A stretch of 64,000 nt of DNA from a bacterium (lineage in GTDB: Bacteria; Zhuqueibacterota; Zhuqueibacteria; Oceanimicrobiales; Oceanimicrobiaceae): NCBI GenBank assembly GCA_037446635.1, contig JBBIIG010000002.1, positions 175,962 to 239,961 on the forward strand, read 5' to 3'. Under the pieces are notes generated by a model. That model was not told where the DNA came from and ran no database searches. It worked only from the letters and a program-made list of their open reading frames with translations. This document shows, one piece after another, positions 48,707 through 58,534 of this stretch. A program made the translations under genes and the position numbers. Numbering within the stretch: position 1 is the first letter of the stretch; each line of letters starts with the position of its first letter.

Positions 48707-48808
48707 TTAACTCTGTAAAACAAATGCCAAAACATACGCGAACGCTAAACCCAGAAACAGCAGAAAAAATCTCTGGTAATAAATGCGTTTATACAATTTG
48801 AACTCCAT
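48707..48808 (-). CDS. 33-aa single-TM micropeptide
   Basis: MEFKLYKRIYYQRFFLLFLGLAFAYVLAFVLQS*. GGAGG upstream, promoter-like TTGATT-17-TATGTT, ends at the efp terminator. Confidence 0.5.
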   Translation of the reverse strand: MEFKLYKRIYYQRFFLLFLGLAFAYVLAFVLQS

Positions 48809-48936
48809 ACAAACGTGAGATACCTCCAAGTTGTTAAATTTATCATTCTAAAATCGTCGCGTTAAGTGAAAACTTAACTCAAAACGGGCATCAACATACA
48901 GCAAAATTTTTCAAAAATCAAGAGCTTTTTAGCAAT

Positions 48937-49683
48937 TTATGACTTTAGTTCGCCCAATCGATCCAAAACCAGTGCCGCGCCCACTATGGCGGCGGTTTCG
49001 GAACGCAGACGGCGCGGCCCCATTCCGAAAATCGCAAAGCCCGATTCTTGGGCCAGCGCCACTTCGTCAGCGCTGAAGCCGCCTTCCGGGCCGATGCACA
49101 ACAGGCCCGATTTCAAATAACGCGATTCTGTATTTGACAAAATTTGATCCAGGCTCGCATCCCCAGCCTTTTCGTGCGCCAGCAGCTTTAAATCAAATTC
49201 ACCTGCGGTCCGGCACAAGTCATCAAATGACTGCACTGGCGCGACCGCCGGCAAAATCGAGCGCCGGCTCTGTTTCATCGCCGCCAAGACAATGCGCTGG
49301 CACCGTTTCGGATTGATGGATTGGGATTGTGGAATGGTATGTTCGGTCTGCAGCGGGATAAAGTTCGAGGCGCCCACTTCGGTGGCCTTCTCCACCACCC
49401 ATTCAAATTTCCCTTTTTTGAGAAGGGCCAGCGCCAGCGTCAACTTGAAAACCGGCTCGCCGAACAAGCGCTTCTTTTTTAAGATGTGCGCGCGCAGCGA
49501 ATCTCTTTGCGCCAGCTCGATCTCGCAATCAAAGTAGTTGCCGCGGCCATCGACGGCGGCAAAGCGCTCCCCGCTTTTTTTGCGGAGAACGTGGGTTAGA
49601 TGATGGAACTCATCGCCGCGAATCATCAACGAGTCGAGGGCGACATCTTGCGGGTGAACGTAAAAAATGTCTTGCGCGTCCAT
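48937..49683 (-). CDS. rsmE: 16S rRNA m3U1498 methyltransferase
   Basis: HHLTHVLR, EKATEVG, AMKQSRR, IGPEGGFS, RLRSETAA. Confidence 0.95.
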   Translation of the reverse strand: MDAQDIFYVHPQDVALDSLMIRGDEFHHLTHVLRKKSGERFAAVDGRGNYFDCEIELAQRDSLRAHILKKKRLFGEPVFKLTLALALLKKGKFEWVVEKATEVGASNFIPLQTEHTIPQSQSINPKRCQRIVLAAMKQSRRSILPAVAPVQSFDDLCRTAGEFDLKLLAHEKAGDASLDQILSNTESRYLKSGLLCIGPEGGFSADEVALAQESGFAIFGMGPRRLRSETAAIVGAALVLDRLGELKS

Positions 49684-49736
49684 CCTTGCATAATTCTCAA
49701 AACGTATAAACCACGAAGTTCACGACAGGCGAAACA

Positions 49737-50681
49737 TTATTGTGAAGATAGGCGCTGAAAAACCAATTTAAACGTCCGCGGCTGGACGTCGCGATAGCCG
49801 ACGCCTTTGGGGGTTTCGATGGCGGCCGGAACTTCGTTGGTGGAGGAATTTTTTAGCCGGCTATAGTCGATGTACGCCACGATATCGTCGCGGCTGACCT
49901 GGGTTAGCAAATCGCCGCCGCCCTCTAACACCAAGTCCAGCGTCGAGGGGATCACTTGCACCCTCAAATTCGCGGGGGCGTTTCTGACCTGCACCGGCAC
50001 ACCATTGACGGTGATTTCGAGAAGTTTCTGGATGTCGATGCTCACTTCCACCTGGCTTGCGGAGACGGCGATTTTTTCAGAGGGCAGCGGAGCCAGGGGG
50101 ATAATTTTCTTGACGTCCATTTTCAGATCGCTGAATTCCTGCTGCTGCGTGTCAACGCTCTCGATGGCGGCGACCAAGCTTTTCGGGCCGACAATTTCCA
50201 CCGAGTCCGGCTTGAGCTGAATGTCTCCGACAATGGTATAGCCCGGCGCGGTCGCCACGCGAATTTTAGGGTTGATGGGCACCTTCTTTTTCAAAAGTTC
50301 ATCCAGCACCACCGTGATGGAATCCGGAGTGATGACTTCTTCGGCGACCACCCCCAGCGGCCGGGCGATAAAAACATATTTGGGCCCCAGCCGGAAGGTT
50401 CGGCGTTTTTCGACATCGGACAAGTCGAGGCGAACATTGCTATCGCCGGTGACTCCGAGAGCGATCAAACCCTTACCGCTGCCTTTGATCTTAACACTGG
50501 CGGTTTGCGGAAGCTTGTTCAAAATCACCTTGCCATCCGGTACATTGGCGGCCACGATGGGCATTTCGAGCTCGTACTCATACTGGTTTTCGGTGACCAC
50601 GAAAAACCAAATGAAGATCGCAAACAGCAGGGCCACCAGCTTCAGCTTATAGTCTTTTAGCAGCTCTATTTTTAAGCTCAT
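49737..50681 (-). CDS. YbbR/CdaR-like domain protein
   Basis: KLVALLFAIFIWFFV anchor and repeated YbbR-like beta domains (PDSVEIVGP). Confidence 0.8.
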   Translation of the reverse strand: MSLKIELLKDYKLKLVALLFAIFIWFFVVTENQYEYELEMPIVAANVPDGKVILNKLPQTASVKIKGSGKGLIALGVTGDSNVRLDLSDVEKRRTFRLGPKYVFIARPLGVVAEEVITPDSITVVLDELLKKKVPINPKIRVATAPGYTIVGDIQLKPDSVEIVGPKSLVAAIESVDTQQQEFSDLKMDVKKIIPLAPLPSEKIAVSASQVEVSIDIQKLLEITVNGVPVQVRNAPANLRVQVIPSTLDLVLEGGGDLLTQVSRDDIVAYIDYSRLKNSSTNEVPAAIETPKGVGYRDVQPRTFKLVFQRLSSQ

Positions 50682-50690
50682 GAATGATCA

Positions 50691-50727
50691 AAAAAATAGG
50701 GTACGAGGAAGCGCCCTCATACCCTAA
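50691..50727 (-). terminator. Putative intrinsic terminator
   Basis: TAGGGTA..GAGG / CCTC..TACCCTA stem followed by a T-tract on the minus strand. Confidence 0.5.
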
Positions 50728-50748
50728 AAACTCACTCCCTCGAACTTA

Positions 50749-50940
50749 CTACTTAAACGAGGGCCCGATGGCTTTGCCGAGACTGACTTCGCCATTGTCG
50801 ATCCGAATATTGAAGCCGCAACTGGGGTTGGTGCACACCCAGGCTTTGTACATGATCGATGCTCCTTCACGCCCGTAGTCCGAAAGTGGAATGAGCACAC
50901 CAGTGGTGCATTTTTGGCAAGCCGGATATTCTTTCTCCAT
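50749..50940 (-). CDS. 63-aa zinc-ribbon-like protein
   Basis: CQKC...LIPLSDYG...YKAWVCTNPSCGF. RBS GGAG, own promoter-like TTGACT-17-TAAATT. Confidence 0.75.
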   Translation of the reverse strand: MEKEYPACQKCTTGVLIPLSDYGREGASIMYKAWVCTNPSCGFNIRIDNGEVSLGKAIGPSFK

Positions 50941-51062
50941 AGTCGCATACTCCCCGTCACAGGTTATTAGGTTTGAATGGTTTTAAACTACGCGCGATTT
51001 GCAGCTAAATTTAAAGGAAAAACTTAAAAAAGTCAACAGCCGGCTGTCCGCCGCTTTGATGC

Positions 51063-51506
51063 CTACTCTTTGACAACCCAGACTTTGATTTTTGCCTCAA
51101 CTTCGGCATGCAGCTTGATGGGGACTTCATAGACCCCGAGCGCTTTCAGGGGTTCGTCCAAAAGGATTTTGCGGCGATCGATTTCAAAGCCCTTGGCCTG
51201 CAACTGCTCCGCAATGTCCTGTGAGGTCACCGCGCCAAAAACTTTGTCTTCCTCGCCAACCGCAACGGCGACGGTGAGGGAAACCGGCTCGAGACTTTTC
51301 GCCAGTTCCTCTGCCGAACGTTTTTCTTTGGTTTCTTTTACGGCGCGGCGCTGGCGCTCCTGTTCCAAAATGCGCAGATTGCGCGCGCTGGCGTCGATGG
51401 CAATTTGGCGCGGGATCAAAAAGTTGCGGGCATAGCCGTCCTTCACCTCCACGATGTCGCCGAATTTGCCGAGTGTTTCAAAATCCTGCTTGAGAATAAT
51501 TTTCAT
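51063..51506 (-). CDS. rplI: 50S ribosomal protein L9
   Basis: MKIILKQD, VKDGYARNFLIP, FGAVTSQDI. Confidence 0.97.
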   Translation of the reverse strand: MKIILKQDFETLGKFGDIVEVKDGYARNFLIPRQIAIDASARNLRILEQERQRRAVKETKEKRSAEELAKSLEPVSLTVAVAVGEEDKVFGAVTSQDIAEQLQAKGFEIDRRKILLDEPLKALGVYEVPIKLHAEVEAKIKVWVVKE

Positions 51507-51549
51507 CGTATCTTCCTCAAAAATAAATCCTGATTAAAGACTGCGGCGA

Positions 51550-51771
51550 TTATTTGGGCATCTCCACCAAAAATGGCATCAAGGCGAGATGACGCGCGCG
51601 CTTGATGGCGATTTTAAGCATGCGCTGATGGCGGGCGCAGGCGCCGGAGGTGCGGCGCGGGATGATTTTGCCCTGCTCGGTGATGAAGCGCATCAATTTT
51701 TTTTCATCGCGGTAGTCAATAAATTCGTCTTTGTCTTCACAGAAGCGGCAAATTTTTCGTTTCTTCATCAT
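51550..51771 (-). CDS. rpsR: 30S ribosomal protein S18 (zinc-binding type)
   Basis: [34 protein letters not shown]. Confidence 0.97.
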   Translation of the reverse strand: MMKKRKICRFCEDKDEFIDYRDEKKLMRFITEQGKIIPRRTSGACARHQRMLKIAIKRARHLALMPFLVEMPK

Positions 51772-51795
51772 AAAGCTAATTTTCTCCCGTTAGTT

Positions 51796-52332
51796 TTAGA
51801 ATTTTAAATTGTCAAAGCCGAAGTTGAATTCGGATTTACTGGAGTTGTTGGTGACTTCCGACGGCCGCGCGGGGTCGTTGACCACTGGCGCCGGCTCGAA
51901 GTGGACGCTCTCGGAAGAATGGGGCTCGGCCTCGGCGACATCAATTTCTCCGCTTTCTTCAAAAATCATCGCGCCTTCCTTTTTGGAGTGGCGATCCAGA
52001 AATTGAATTCGCCGCGCCTTGATCTCCACCACATTGTTGTTGCTGCCGTCGTCGTTTTTCCAGGTTCGGCTTTGCAGCTCGCCTTCCACCAGCACCGCGG
52101 AACCCTTGGTTAGAAACTCGACACAGCTATCCGCTAATTTATGCCAGGCGACCACGCCCACGAAACAGACGTTCTCGCGCCACTGCCCCGAACTGTCTTT
52201 GAATTTGCGGTTGGAGGCGACATAAAAATTAGCCACTGGTGTGCCGTTGGTGGTTTTGCGATACGAGGGGTTGTTCGTCAGGTTCCCAGCTATCATGACG
52301 CTGTTGATATCCGGCATCTTTAAGTTTAACAT
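51796..52332 (-). CDS. ssb: Single-stranded DNA-binding protein
   Basis: NSVMIAGNLT, VVAW, KGSAVLVEGELQSRTW; rpsF-ssb-rpsR context. Confidence 0.93.
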   Translation of the reverse strand: MLNLKMPDINSVMIAGNLTNNPSYRKTTNGTPVANFYVASNRKFKDSSGQWRENVCFVGVVAWHKLADSCVEFLTKGSAVLVEGELQSRTWKNDDGSNNNVVEIKARRIQFLDRHSKKEGAMIFEESGEIDVAEAEPHSSESVHFEPAPVVNDPARPSEVTNNSSKSEFNFGFDNLKF

Positions 52333-52413
52333 GATTCACGCCCTCCGATCGTTACCTATAATCCAATCATTCTTCGATTTATGAATTGTAACGCACCCCC
52401 AAAATGTCTGCGT

Positions 52414-52812
52414 TTATAATTCCCCGACTTCCACTTTGTCATCGGCAACCGGCTCGGCGGCCGCAGAGAATTCATCGCGCTCACGAGTTGCCGCGGCTTT
52501 TTTTGCTTCTTCAGCCGCCAGTATTTTGGGGTCCGATTTGACGGTCAAAAAGCGCAGAATCGATTCCTGCAATCGGTACTCGCGCTCCAAAAGCAGCGGC
52601 AGGGTTGACGGGCCTTCAAACAAGATATGAAGATAGTTGCCGTATTGCTTGCGATTAATCTCGTAGGCCAGCCGCCGTTTTCCCCACTCTTCCAGCCGCT
52701 GAATTTGGCCGCCGTTATTCTTGATGAAATTCTGAATTTTCGTGGAAAGATTTTGAAACTCTTCTTCTTTGAGAAAAGAATCGATCACGATGGTCGTTTC
52801 ATATAGCGCCAC
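52414..52812 (-). CDS. rpsF: 30S ribosomal protein S6
   Basis: YETT, WGKRRLAYEI, ILRFLTV. GTG start with RBS GGAGGTGA. Confidence 0.96.
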   Translation of the reverse strand: MALYETTIVIDSFLKEEEFQNLSTKIQNFIKNNGGQIQRLEEWGKRRLAYEINRKQYGNYLHILFEGPSTLPLLLEREYRLQESILRFLTVKSDPKILAAEEAKKAAATRERDEFSAAAEPVADDKVEVGEL

Positions 52813-52839
52813 TTGAGATTTCACCTCCTTCAACAAAAT

Positions 52840-54864
52840 CTAAATAAATAAGGGTGCCAGAACCAATGAAATAACAGCCATTAATTTGATGAGAATATTG
52901 ATGGACGGCCCCACGGTGTCTTTCAACGGGTCGCCCACGGTATCGCCGATGACCGTGGCTTTGTGGGTGCTGGAACCCTTGCCGCCAAACTGGCCTTCTT
53001 CGACGTACTTTTTGGCGTTGTCCATGGCGCCGCCGGAATTGGCCATCTGAATTCCGAGCATCACGCCGGTGACCAGCGCCCCTACCAACACGCCGGCCAG
53101 CGCCTGCGGGCCCAAAGTCAAGCCGATGATCACCGGCGTCAGGATGGTTAGGGCGCCAGGGATGAGCATGCCCTGAATGGCGCCCACGGTGCTAATATCG
53201 ACGCAGCGCGCCGAATCGGGCATGACTTTGCCTTCCATCAAACCGGGGATTTCTTTGAATTGCCGCCGCACTTCTTCGATCATCTTGAACGCGGCCCGGC
53301 TCACCGCCTTAAACAACATCGAAGAAACCAAAAACGGGAACATGCCGCCAATGAGCAGCCCGGCCAAAACTTTCGGATCTTTGATATCGGCGACGTCAAT
53401 TTGAACGGTTTTCATGTACGCCACCAACAGCCCCAGCGCCGCGAAGGCCGCGGAGCCGATGGCGAACCCTTTGCCAATGGCGGCGGTGGTGTTGCCCACG
53501 CTGTCTAAATTATCGGTGATTTTTCGCACCTTCGGATCCAGCTTCGCCATTTCGGCGATGCCGCCGGCGTTGTCGGCAATCGGGCCGTAGGAATCGACGG
53601 AGACGATCATACCGGTGGTGGCTAACATTCCGAACGCCGCCAGCCCCACGCCATAAATGCCCGCGAAATGGTACGAGGTCATCAGCGCGATGGCCATGGC
53701 GATCACTGGAATAGCGGTGGAGGCCATGCCAATAGAAATCCCGCCGGTGACCGTTAGCGCCGGTCCGCTTTGCGATTCTTCGGCCAAGCGCTTCACCGGC
53801 TTGTATTTGCTGGAAGTAAAATATTCGCTGAAAAATCCCACGACGATCCCTGCGAACACGCCCGAGATAGTCGCCCAAAACGGCCCCATGAGGCTGTAGG
53901 TTTTGCCGTCCTCGATGTAGTTGGCGCCGGTTTCTTTAACGATAAAATAGGTGGCGACCGCGGTCAAAATGGCGCTGAGGTAGGTGCCGCCCATGAGCGC
54001 CCCCTGCGGGTTAGAACGCCCAGCCAGGCGAACGTAGATCACGCCGAGAATCGACGCGCCGATGCCGGCGCTGGCGATGTAAAATGGCAGCAGTTGCAGC
54101 GCCCGCCCGACTTCCGCGGAGGTGGACAAGCCGATGATCGCGGCGATGGCAATGGAGGCGATGATGGCCTCAACATACGACTCCAGCAAGTCGGAGCCCA
54201 ACCCGGCCACGTCGCCAACATTGTCGCCGACGTTATCGGCGATCACGGCCGGGTTGCGGGGGTCGTCTTCGGGGATGCCGGCCTCAACTTTGCCAACCAA
54301 ATCCGCGCCCATATCGGCGCCTTTGGTAAAGATGCCGCCGCCGCTGCGCGCGAACAACGCCACCAGACTCGCGCCCATGGCGTAGCCGTTGATGATCGTC
54401 GGGTTGCCTGCAAAAATTTGATAAACGAGGGTGAGGCCAAAAAGCGAAACCCCCACTACGCTCATGCCCATGACGGCGCCGCCGGAGACCGCGATGCTCA
54501 ACGCGCCGCGCAAACCGCCGTTGAGCGCGCCTTGTGTGGTGCGGCTGTTGGCGCGGGTGGCGATGCTCATGCCAATATAGCCGGCAATCGCCGAAGCGAT
54601 GGCGCCGCAAATAAACGCCGCCGAAGTGCGCCAGCCCAACTCTACGTCGGCAAATTTGGGGGCGAGCGCAATCAAAATTGAAATCACCGCCACAAAGCTG
54701 GCGATGTACATATACTCGCGTTTGAGAAAAGCTTTCGCGCCTTCCTGAACGGCGCGTGAAATCTCCACCATGCGCGAGTTACCCGCATCCTTTTTCAATA
54801 CATCCATGCTCAAAAAGGCCACAAATCCCAGAGCCACTAAACTTGCAATCAATGGAACGATCAA
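52840..54864 (-). CDS. hppA: Membrane-bound ion-translocating pyrophosphatase (K+-dependent type)
   Basis: DMGADLVGKVE, DDPRNPAVIADNVGDNVGD, GNTTAAIGKG (Ala determinant of K+ dependence), GDTVGDPLKDT. Confidence 0.95.
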   Translation of the reverse strand: MIVPLIASLVALGFVAFLSMDVLKKDAGNSRMVEISRAVQEGAKAFLKREYMYIASFVAVISILIALAPKFADVELGWRTSAAFICGAIASAIAGYIGMSIATRANSRTTQGALNGGLRGALSIAVSGGAVMGMSVVGVSLFGLTLVYQIFAGNPTIINGYAMGASLVALFARSGGGIFTKGADMGADLVGKVEAGIPEDDPRNPAVIADNVGDNVGDVAGLGSDLLESYVEAIIASIAIAAIIGLSTSAEVGRALQLLPFYIASAGIGASILGVIYVRLAGRSNPQGALMGGTYLSAILTAVATYFIVKETGANYIEDGKTYSLMGPFWATISGVFAGIVVGFFSEYFTSSKYKPVKRLAEESQSGPALTVTGGISIGMASTAIPVIAMAIALMTSYHFAGIYGVGLAAFGMLATTGMIVSVDSYGPIADNAGGIAEMAKLDPKVRKITDNLDSVGNTTAAIGKGFAIGSAAFAALGLLVAYMKTVQIDVADIKDPKVLAGLLIGGMFPFLVSSMLFKAVSRAAFKMIEEVRRQFKEIPGLMEGKVMPDSARCVDISTVGAIQGMLIPGALTILTPVIIGLTLGPQALAGVLVGALVTGVMLGIQMANSGGAMDNAKKYVEEGQFGGKGSSTHKATVIGDTVGDPLKDTVGPSINILIKLMAVISLVLAPLFI

Positions 54865-54880
54865 GTTGCCTCCTACTTAC

Positions 54881-55453
54881 TTAATTAAATCGGTTCATGG
54901 TTTTGTTGATTCCTTCAACTACAAACGTCGTGCACGCTTGCGCGCCTCTGTTCAAAATATCATCCAGCTCCTTTCGTTCCGGCATTTCGAATTCTGAAAG
55001 CACAAACTCAACGAGGTCGGCGATCCCCTCTCGGCCGATTCCGATGCGCAGACGCGGGAAGTCCGACCTCCCCAGCGCCGCAATGATGGACGCCAACCCG
55101 TTGTGGCCCCCGTCGCTGCCTCCGGGCCGCAGCCGTAATTTTCCGAACGGCAAATTAACGTCGTCTGCGATCACGAGTATGTTTTGGGGCGGAATCTCAA
55201 AAATGCGGCAGAGCTCGGCGACGGCGCCTCCGCTGCGGTTCATGTAGGTGAGCGGTTTAGCCAACAGCACCGGCAACCCATTGATTGTATCGCGCCCCAT
55301 CAAATAAGCCTTGTCTTTTATATAGTTCATCGCTGCTCCGCGCGATTGCGCGAGCGCATCGATAACCATAAAACCCAAATTGTGCCGCGTATTTTGGTAT
55401 GTAACGCCCGGATTCCCTAAACCTACCAGCAGCTTGCAGGATGGACAAGCCAT
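54881..55453 (-). CDS. pth: Peptidyl-tRNA hydrolase
   Basis: VGLGNPG, TRHNLGF, KPLTYMNRSG, GGHNGL, RLRIGI. Confidence 0.96.
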   Translation of the reverse strand: MACPSCKLLVGLGNPGVTYQNTRHNLGFMVIDALAQSRGAAMNYIKDKAYLMGRDTINGLPVLLAKPLTYMNRSGGAVAELCRIFEIPPQNILVIADDVNLPFGKLRLRPGGSDGGHNGLASIIAALGRSDFPRLRIGIGREGIADLVEFVLSEFEMPERKELDDILNRGAQACTTFVVEGINKTMNRFN

Positions 55454-55490
55454 CTCGAAAAAACAACCCAATAAGATTTTGCGCCAAAAC

Positions 55491-56162
55491 TTAGGACTTC
55501 TTCTCTTTCTCCTTTTCCTTCAGCTCTTCCTCTTCTTTTTCCTTTTCCTTCTTCTGGCCCACTACCTCGGGTTCGGTAATTTCTTCTTCGGCCGCGGGCG
55601 CTGCCTCCACGGTAAGCTTCGGCGGCACCACTACTGCGATGGCCTGAGCGGGGTCCAAAAGAACTTTGATGTTTTGCAATTTGAGGTTTTCCACGCGCAC
55701 AGCCTGGCCGATTTCCAGATTGCTGATATCAACATCGATGTGCGGCGGAATGTCGGTGGGCAGGCACTCGATGGGAAGCTCGCGCAAAATATGCTGCAAA
55801 ATTCCGCCGTGCAATTTGACCCCCACCGCCGAGCCCGTGAGGTGAATAGGCACCTCCACTTGAATTTTTTCGGTGAGCTTGATTCCCATGAAATCGACGT
55901 GGATGGGCCGCACATGAATTGGGTGCCATTGCACTTCGCGGATGACGCATTTCTTTTTCTCGCCGTTATCGAAGCTGAGATCGACGATGCTGCCTTCGGT
56001 GCGAATGGCGTTGAACAACTGCTTGCTATCCACCGCCACCGGGATGGAATCTTCGCCGTGCATATAGAAAATGCCCGGCACTTTGTCGCGGCGGCGTATC
56101 TGTTTGCTGATTTGCTTGCCGACTTTATCGCGCTTTTCAACGTTCAAAGTAATTTCTGCCAT
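55491..56162 (-). CDS. rplY: 50S ribosomal protein L25/Ctc
   Basis: VPGIFY, VQWHPI, HVDF, GVKLHGGIL, CLPTDIP. Confidence 0.95.
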   Translation of the reverse strand: MAEITLNVEKRDKVGKQISKQIRRRDKVPGIFYMHGEDSIPVAVDSKQLFNAIRTEGSIVDLSFDNGEKKKCVIREVQWHPIHVRPIHVDFMGIKLTEKIQVEVPIHLTGSAVGVKLHGGILQHILRELPIECLPTDIPPHIDVDISNLEIGQAVRVENLKLQNIKVLLDPAQAIAVVVPPKLTVEAAPAAEEEITEPEVVGQKKEKEKEEEELKEKEKEKKS

Positions 56163-56177
56163 GAGTTTCTCTCCAAA

Positions 56178-57113
56178 TTAATTAAACAACGAGCTAATCG
56201 ATTCTTCGCTATGAATTCGTTTGATGGCCTCGCCAAACAGCTTAGAGGCGGTTTGAACTTCGATTTTGGGAATGCGCTTTTCGGGAGCGAGGTACACCGT
56301 GTCGGTCACCACGACTTTTTGGATGGGCGCTTCTTGCAGGCGCTCGATGGCCGGGCCGGACAAAATGGGATGGGTGCAGGCCACGAAAATATCGCGGCAC
56401 TCGTTTTTCTTCAACGCCGCGGCGGCGTTGCAAAGGGTGCCGGCGGTGTCCACGATGTCGTCGATGATCAAGATGTTGCGGTTTTTGACTGAGCCGATGA
56501 TGTGCATCACTTCCGATTCATTGGGCTTGGGCCGGCGCTTGTCGATGATCGCCAACGGAGCGTTGAGCCGCTTGGCGTAAGCGCGCGCCAGGGTGATGCC
56601 GCCGATATCCGGCGAGACCACAGTGAGATCGGGAAGGTTCATCTTTCGGAAATACTCGGCCAGGATGGGGGCGGAATACAAGTGATCCACCGGGATATCG
56701 AAGAAGCCTTGAATTTGCGGCGCGTGCAAATCCATGGTGAGAATGCGATCAGCGCCGGAGGTGGTCAGCAGATTGGCGATCAGTTTGGCGGTGATGGCCA
56801 CCCGCGGCTGGTCTTTGCGATCCTGGCGGGCGTAGCCAAAATAAGGGATCACCGCGGTGATGCGAGCCGCCGAGGCGCGCCGCGCCGCGTCGATCATGAC
56901 GAACAGCTCGATTAAATTCACCGCCGGCGAATTCGTGGGCTGAAGGATAAAAACATCCACCCCGCGGATGTTCTGATTGTATTTCACCCAGATTTCGCCG
57001 TCGCTGAAATAGCGAATCTGTGCTTCGCCTAACGGCACGGCCAGGTAGGCCGCAATTTTTTCCGCCAATTCCCGGTTGGCGTTGCCGCAAAAAATAAGTG
57101 GATTAGGTTGCAT
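56178..57113 (-). CDS. prs: Ribose-phosphate pyrophosphokinase
   Basis: FSDGE, PYFGYARQDRK, DLHAPQIQGFF, VSPDIGG, DDIVDTAGTL. Confidence 0.97.
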   Translation of the reverse strand: MQPNPLIFCGNANRELAEKIAAYLAVPLGEAQIRYFSDGEIWVKYNQNIRGVDVFILQPTNSPAVNLIELFVMIDAARRASAARITAVIPYFGYARQDRKDQPRVAITAKLIANLLTTSGADRILTMDLHAPQIQGFFDIPVDHLYSAPILAEYFRKMNLPDLTVVSPDIGGITLARAYAKRLNAPLAIIDKRRPKPNESEVMHIIGSVKNRNILIIDDIVDTAGTLCNAAAALKKNECRDIFVACTHPILSGPAIERLQEAPIQKVVVTDTVYLAPEKRIPKIEVQTASKLFGEAIKRIHSEESISSLFN

Positions 57114-57189
57114 GACGTTCTGCTTAAAGACACAAAAAGACGGCAACCCATTCGGATTCCGTCATTTTAGAACATTTGAATTTGTCCGG

Positions 57190-57261
57190 CTGGGGCGGGA
57201 GGATTCGAACCTCCGCATGCGGGGACCAAAACCCCGTGCCTTACCGCTTGGCGACGCCCCA
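57190..57261 (-). tRNA. tRNA-Gln (anticodon TTG)
   Basis: TGGGGCGTCGCCAAGCGGTAAGGCACGGGGTTTTGGTCCCCGCATGCGGAGGTTCGAATCCTCCCGCCCCAG folds as a cloverleaf with T-loop GTTCGAATC. CCA not encoded. Confidence 0.95.
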
Positions 57262-57270
57262 ATCGCTCAC

Positions 57271-57573
57271 TCAACCATCCGGAAAATCATCCTCCCCGCC
57301 TTGGCCCGGCTGGGCGCCGCTTTCCAGCTCTCTGTGATATTCCTTGATGATTTCTTTTTCAATGTACTGCCTGAATTCGTTGCGTATGGGGTGGGCAATA
57401 TCGCGATACGAGCCGTCGGGCATTTTGCGGCTGGGCATACTGATGAAAAAACCATTCGTACCCTTTATCACCTTCATCCCGCGTACGACAAAAACATCGT
57501 CGAATGTTACATTTACGAAGGCCTTTAACTTCTCCTCGTTCCGCAAGCTGATGTTGATTTCTGTGATCTCCAT
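57271..57573 (-). CDS. spoVG: SpoVG family nucleic-acid-binding protein
   Basis: MEITEI, LKAFVNVTFDD, FISMPSRK, YRDIAHPI. Confidence 0.95.
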   Translation of the reverse strand: MEITEINISLRNEEKLKAFVNVTFDDVFVVRGMKVIKGTNGFFISMPSRKMPDGSYRDIAHPIRNEFRQYIEKEIIKEYHRELESGAQPGQGGEDDFPDG

Positions 57574-57627
57574 GCCTCCCTCCATAGAAAGAATAAATCG
57601 TATTCTCTCATGGTTCTCAACAACAAA

Positions 57628-58503
57628 TTAGTTCAACTGGTCATATCCCCATCTTGTCGGCCGGGTATTAAAAACTGCGTATCTCGTTTGCAGAGCCGAC
57701 TGAGCCGATTCGGCGGCGGCCCCGTCCCTAAAAATTCCAAAGAGCGACGACCCCGATCCGGAAAGGCTTGCGTAAATTGCCCCTGATTCTGTTAGCTGGT
57801 TTTTGATCGTGAAGAGCTCCGGATGATGTTTGAATATCACCTCTTCAAAATCATTCTTAAAATCTTGATAGAATTCTACGTTATTGAAATTTCTATTTTT
57901 AAAATGCGGCAATTTAATATATTTTTTCTTTATTGTCAAGTTTAAATTAAGCTGTTGATAAGCCCATTTTGTGGAGATAGTGACTCCTGGGAATACCACC
58001 ACAATGGGCGCATCCCAGTTGAATGGAATGGGGGTGAGCTGCTCCCCGCGCCCGCGGCCGCGCGCCAACCCGCCGCGAATAAAAAACGGCGCATCGGAGC
58101 CGAGTTCCGCGGCCAAATCACAGAGGCGCTCGGGCGGCCAATGCAATCCCCACAATTTATTGAGCCCCAGCAAAACCACCGCGGCGTTGCTGCTGCCACC
58201 GCCCAAGCCGGCGCCGGCCGGGATGGTCTTGTCTAAAAAAATCTCGACGCCGCTTTTGACCCCGGCGCGCAGCTTCAAAAGATAAGCCGCGCGCACGCAC
58301 AGGTTGGCCATTCCTCCCGGGAGCTCCGGGCGATTGCATGAAAACTCTACCTCGGCGGCGGCCGTGGTTTTCAGATGAATTTGGTCGTGGAGATCGATTT
58401 GCTGGAAGAGCGTTTCAATTTCATGATAGCCATCCCCTCGTTTTCCTTTGATCAACAAAGCGAGATTGATTTTTGCGTAAGAAGGGAGTCGCAGCGAATT
58501 CAT
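57628..58503 (-). CDS. ispE: 4-(cytidine 5'-diphospho)-2-C-methyl-D-erythritol kinase
   Basis: AKINLAL, GYHEIET, IPAGAGLGGGSSNAA, LGSDAPFF, LSGSGS. Confidence 0.95.
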   Translation of the reverse strand: MNSLRLPSYAKINLALLIKGKRGDGYHEIETLFQQIDLHDQIHLKTTAAAEVEFSCNRPELPGGMANLCVRAAYLLKLRAGVKSGVEIFLDKTIPAGAGLGGGSSNAAVVLLGLNKLWGLHWPPERLCDLAAELGSDAPFFIRGGLARGRGRGEQLTPIPFNWDAPIVVVFPGVTISTKWAYQQLNLNLTIKKKYIKLPHFKNRNFNNVEFYQDFKNDFEEVIFKHHPELFTIKNQLTESGAIYASLSGSGSSLFGIFRDGAAAESAQSALQTRYAVFNTRPTRWGYDQLN

Positions 58504-58534
58504 ACCACATCCAAGCTCCACTCCACGGGGGAGC

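Noticed and set aside
52840..54864. hppA within the ribosomal gene run as a novel system
   Set aside because: It is an ordinary K+-dependent membrane pyrophosphatase, and position alone is weak evidence.
57076..57528. 150-aa plus-strand ORF
   Set aside because: It is antisense to tRNA-Gln and spoVG.
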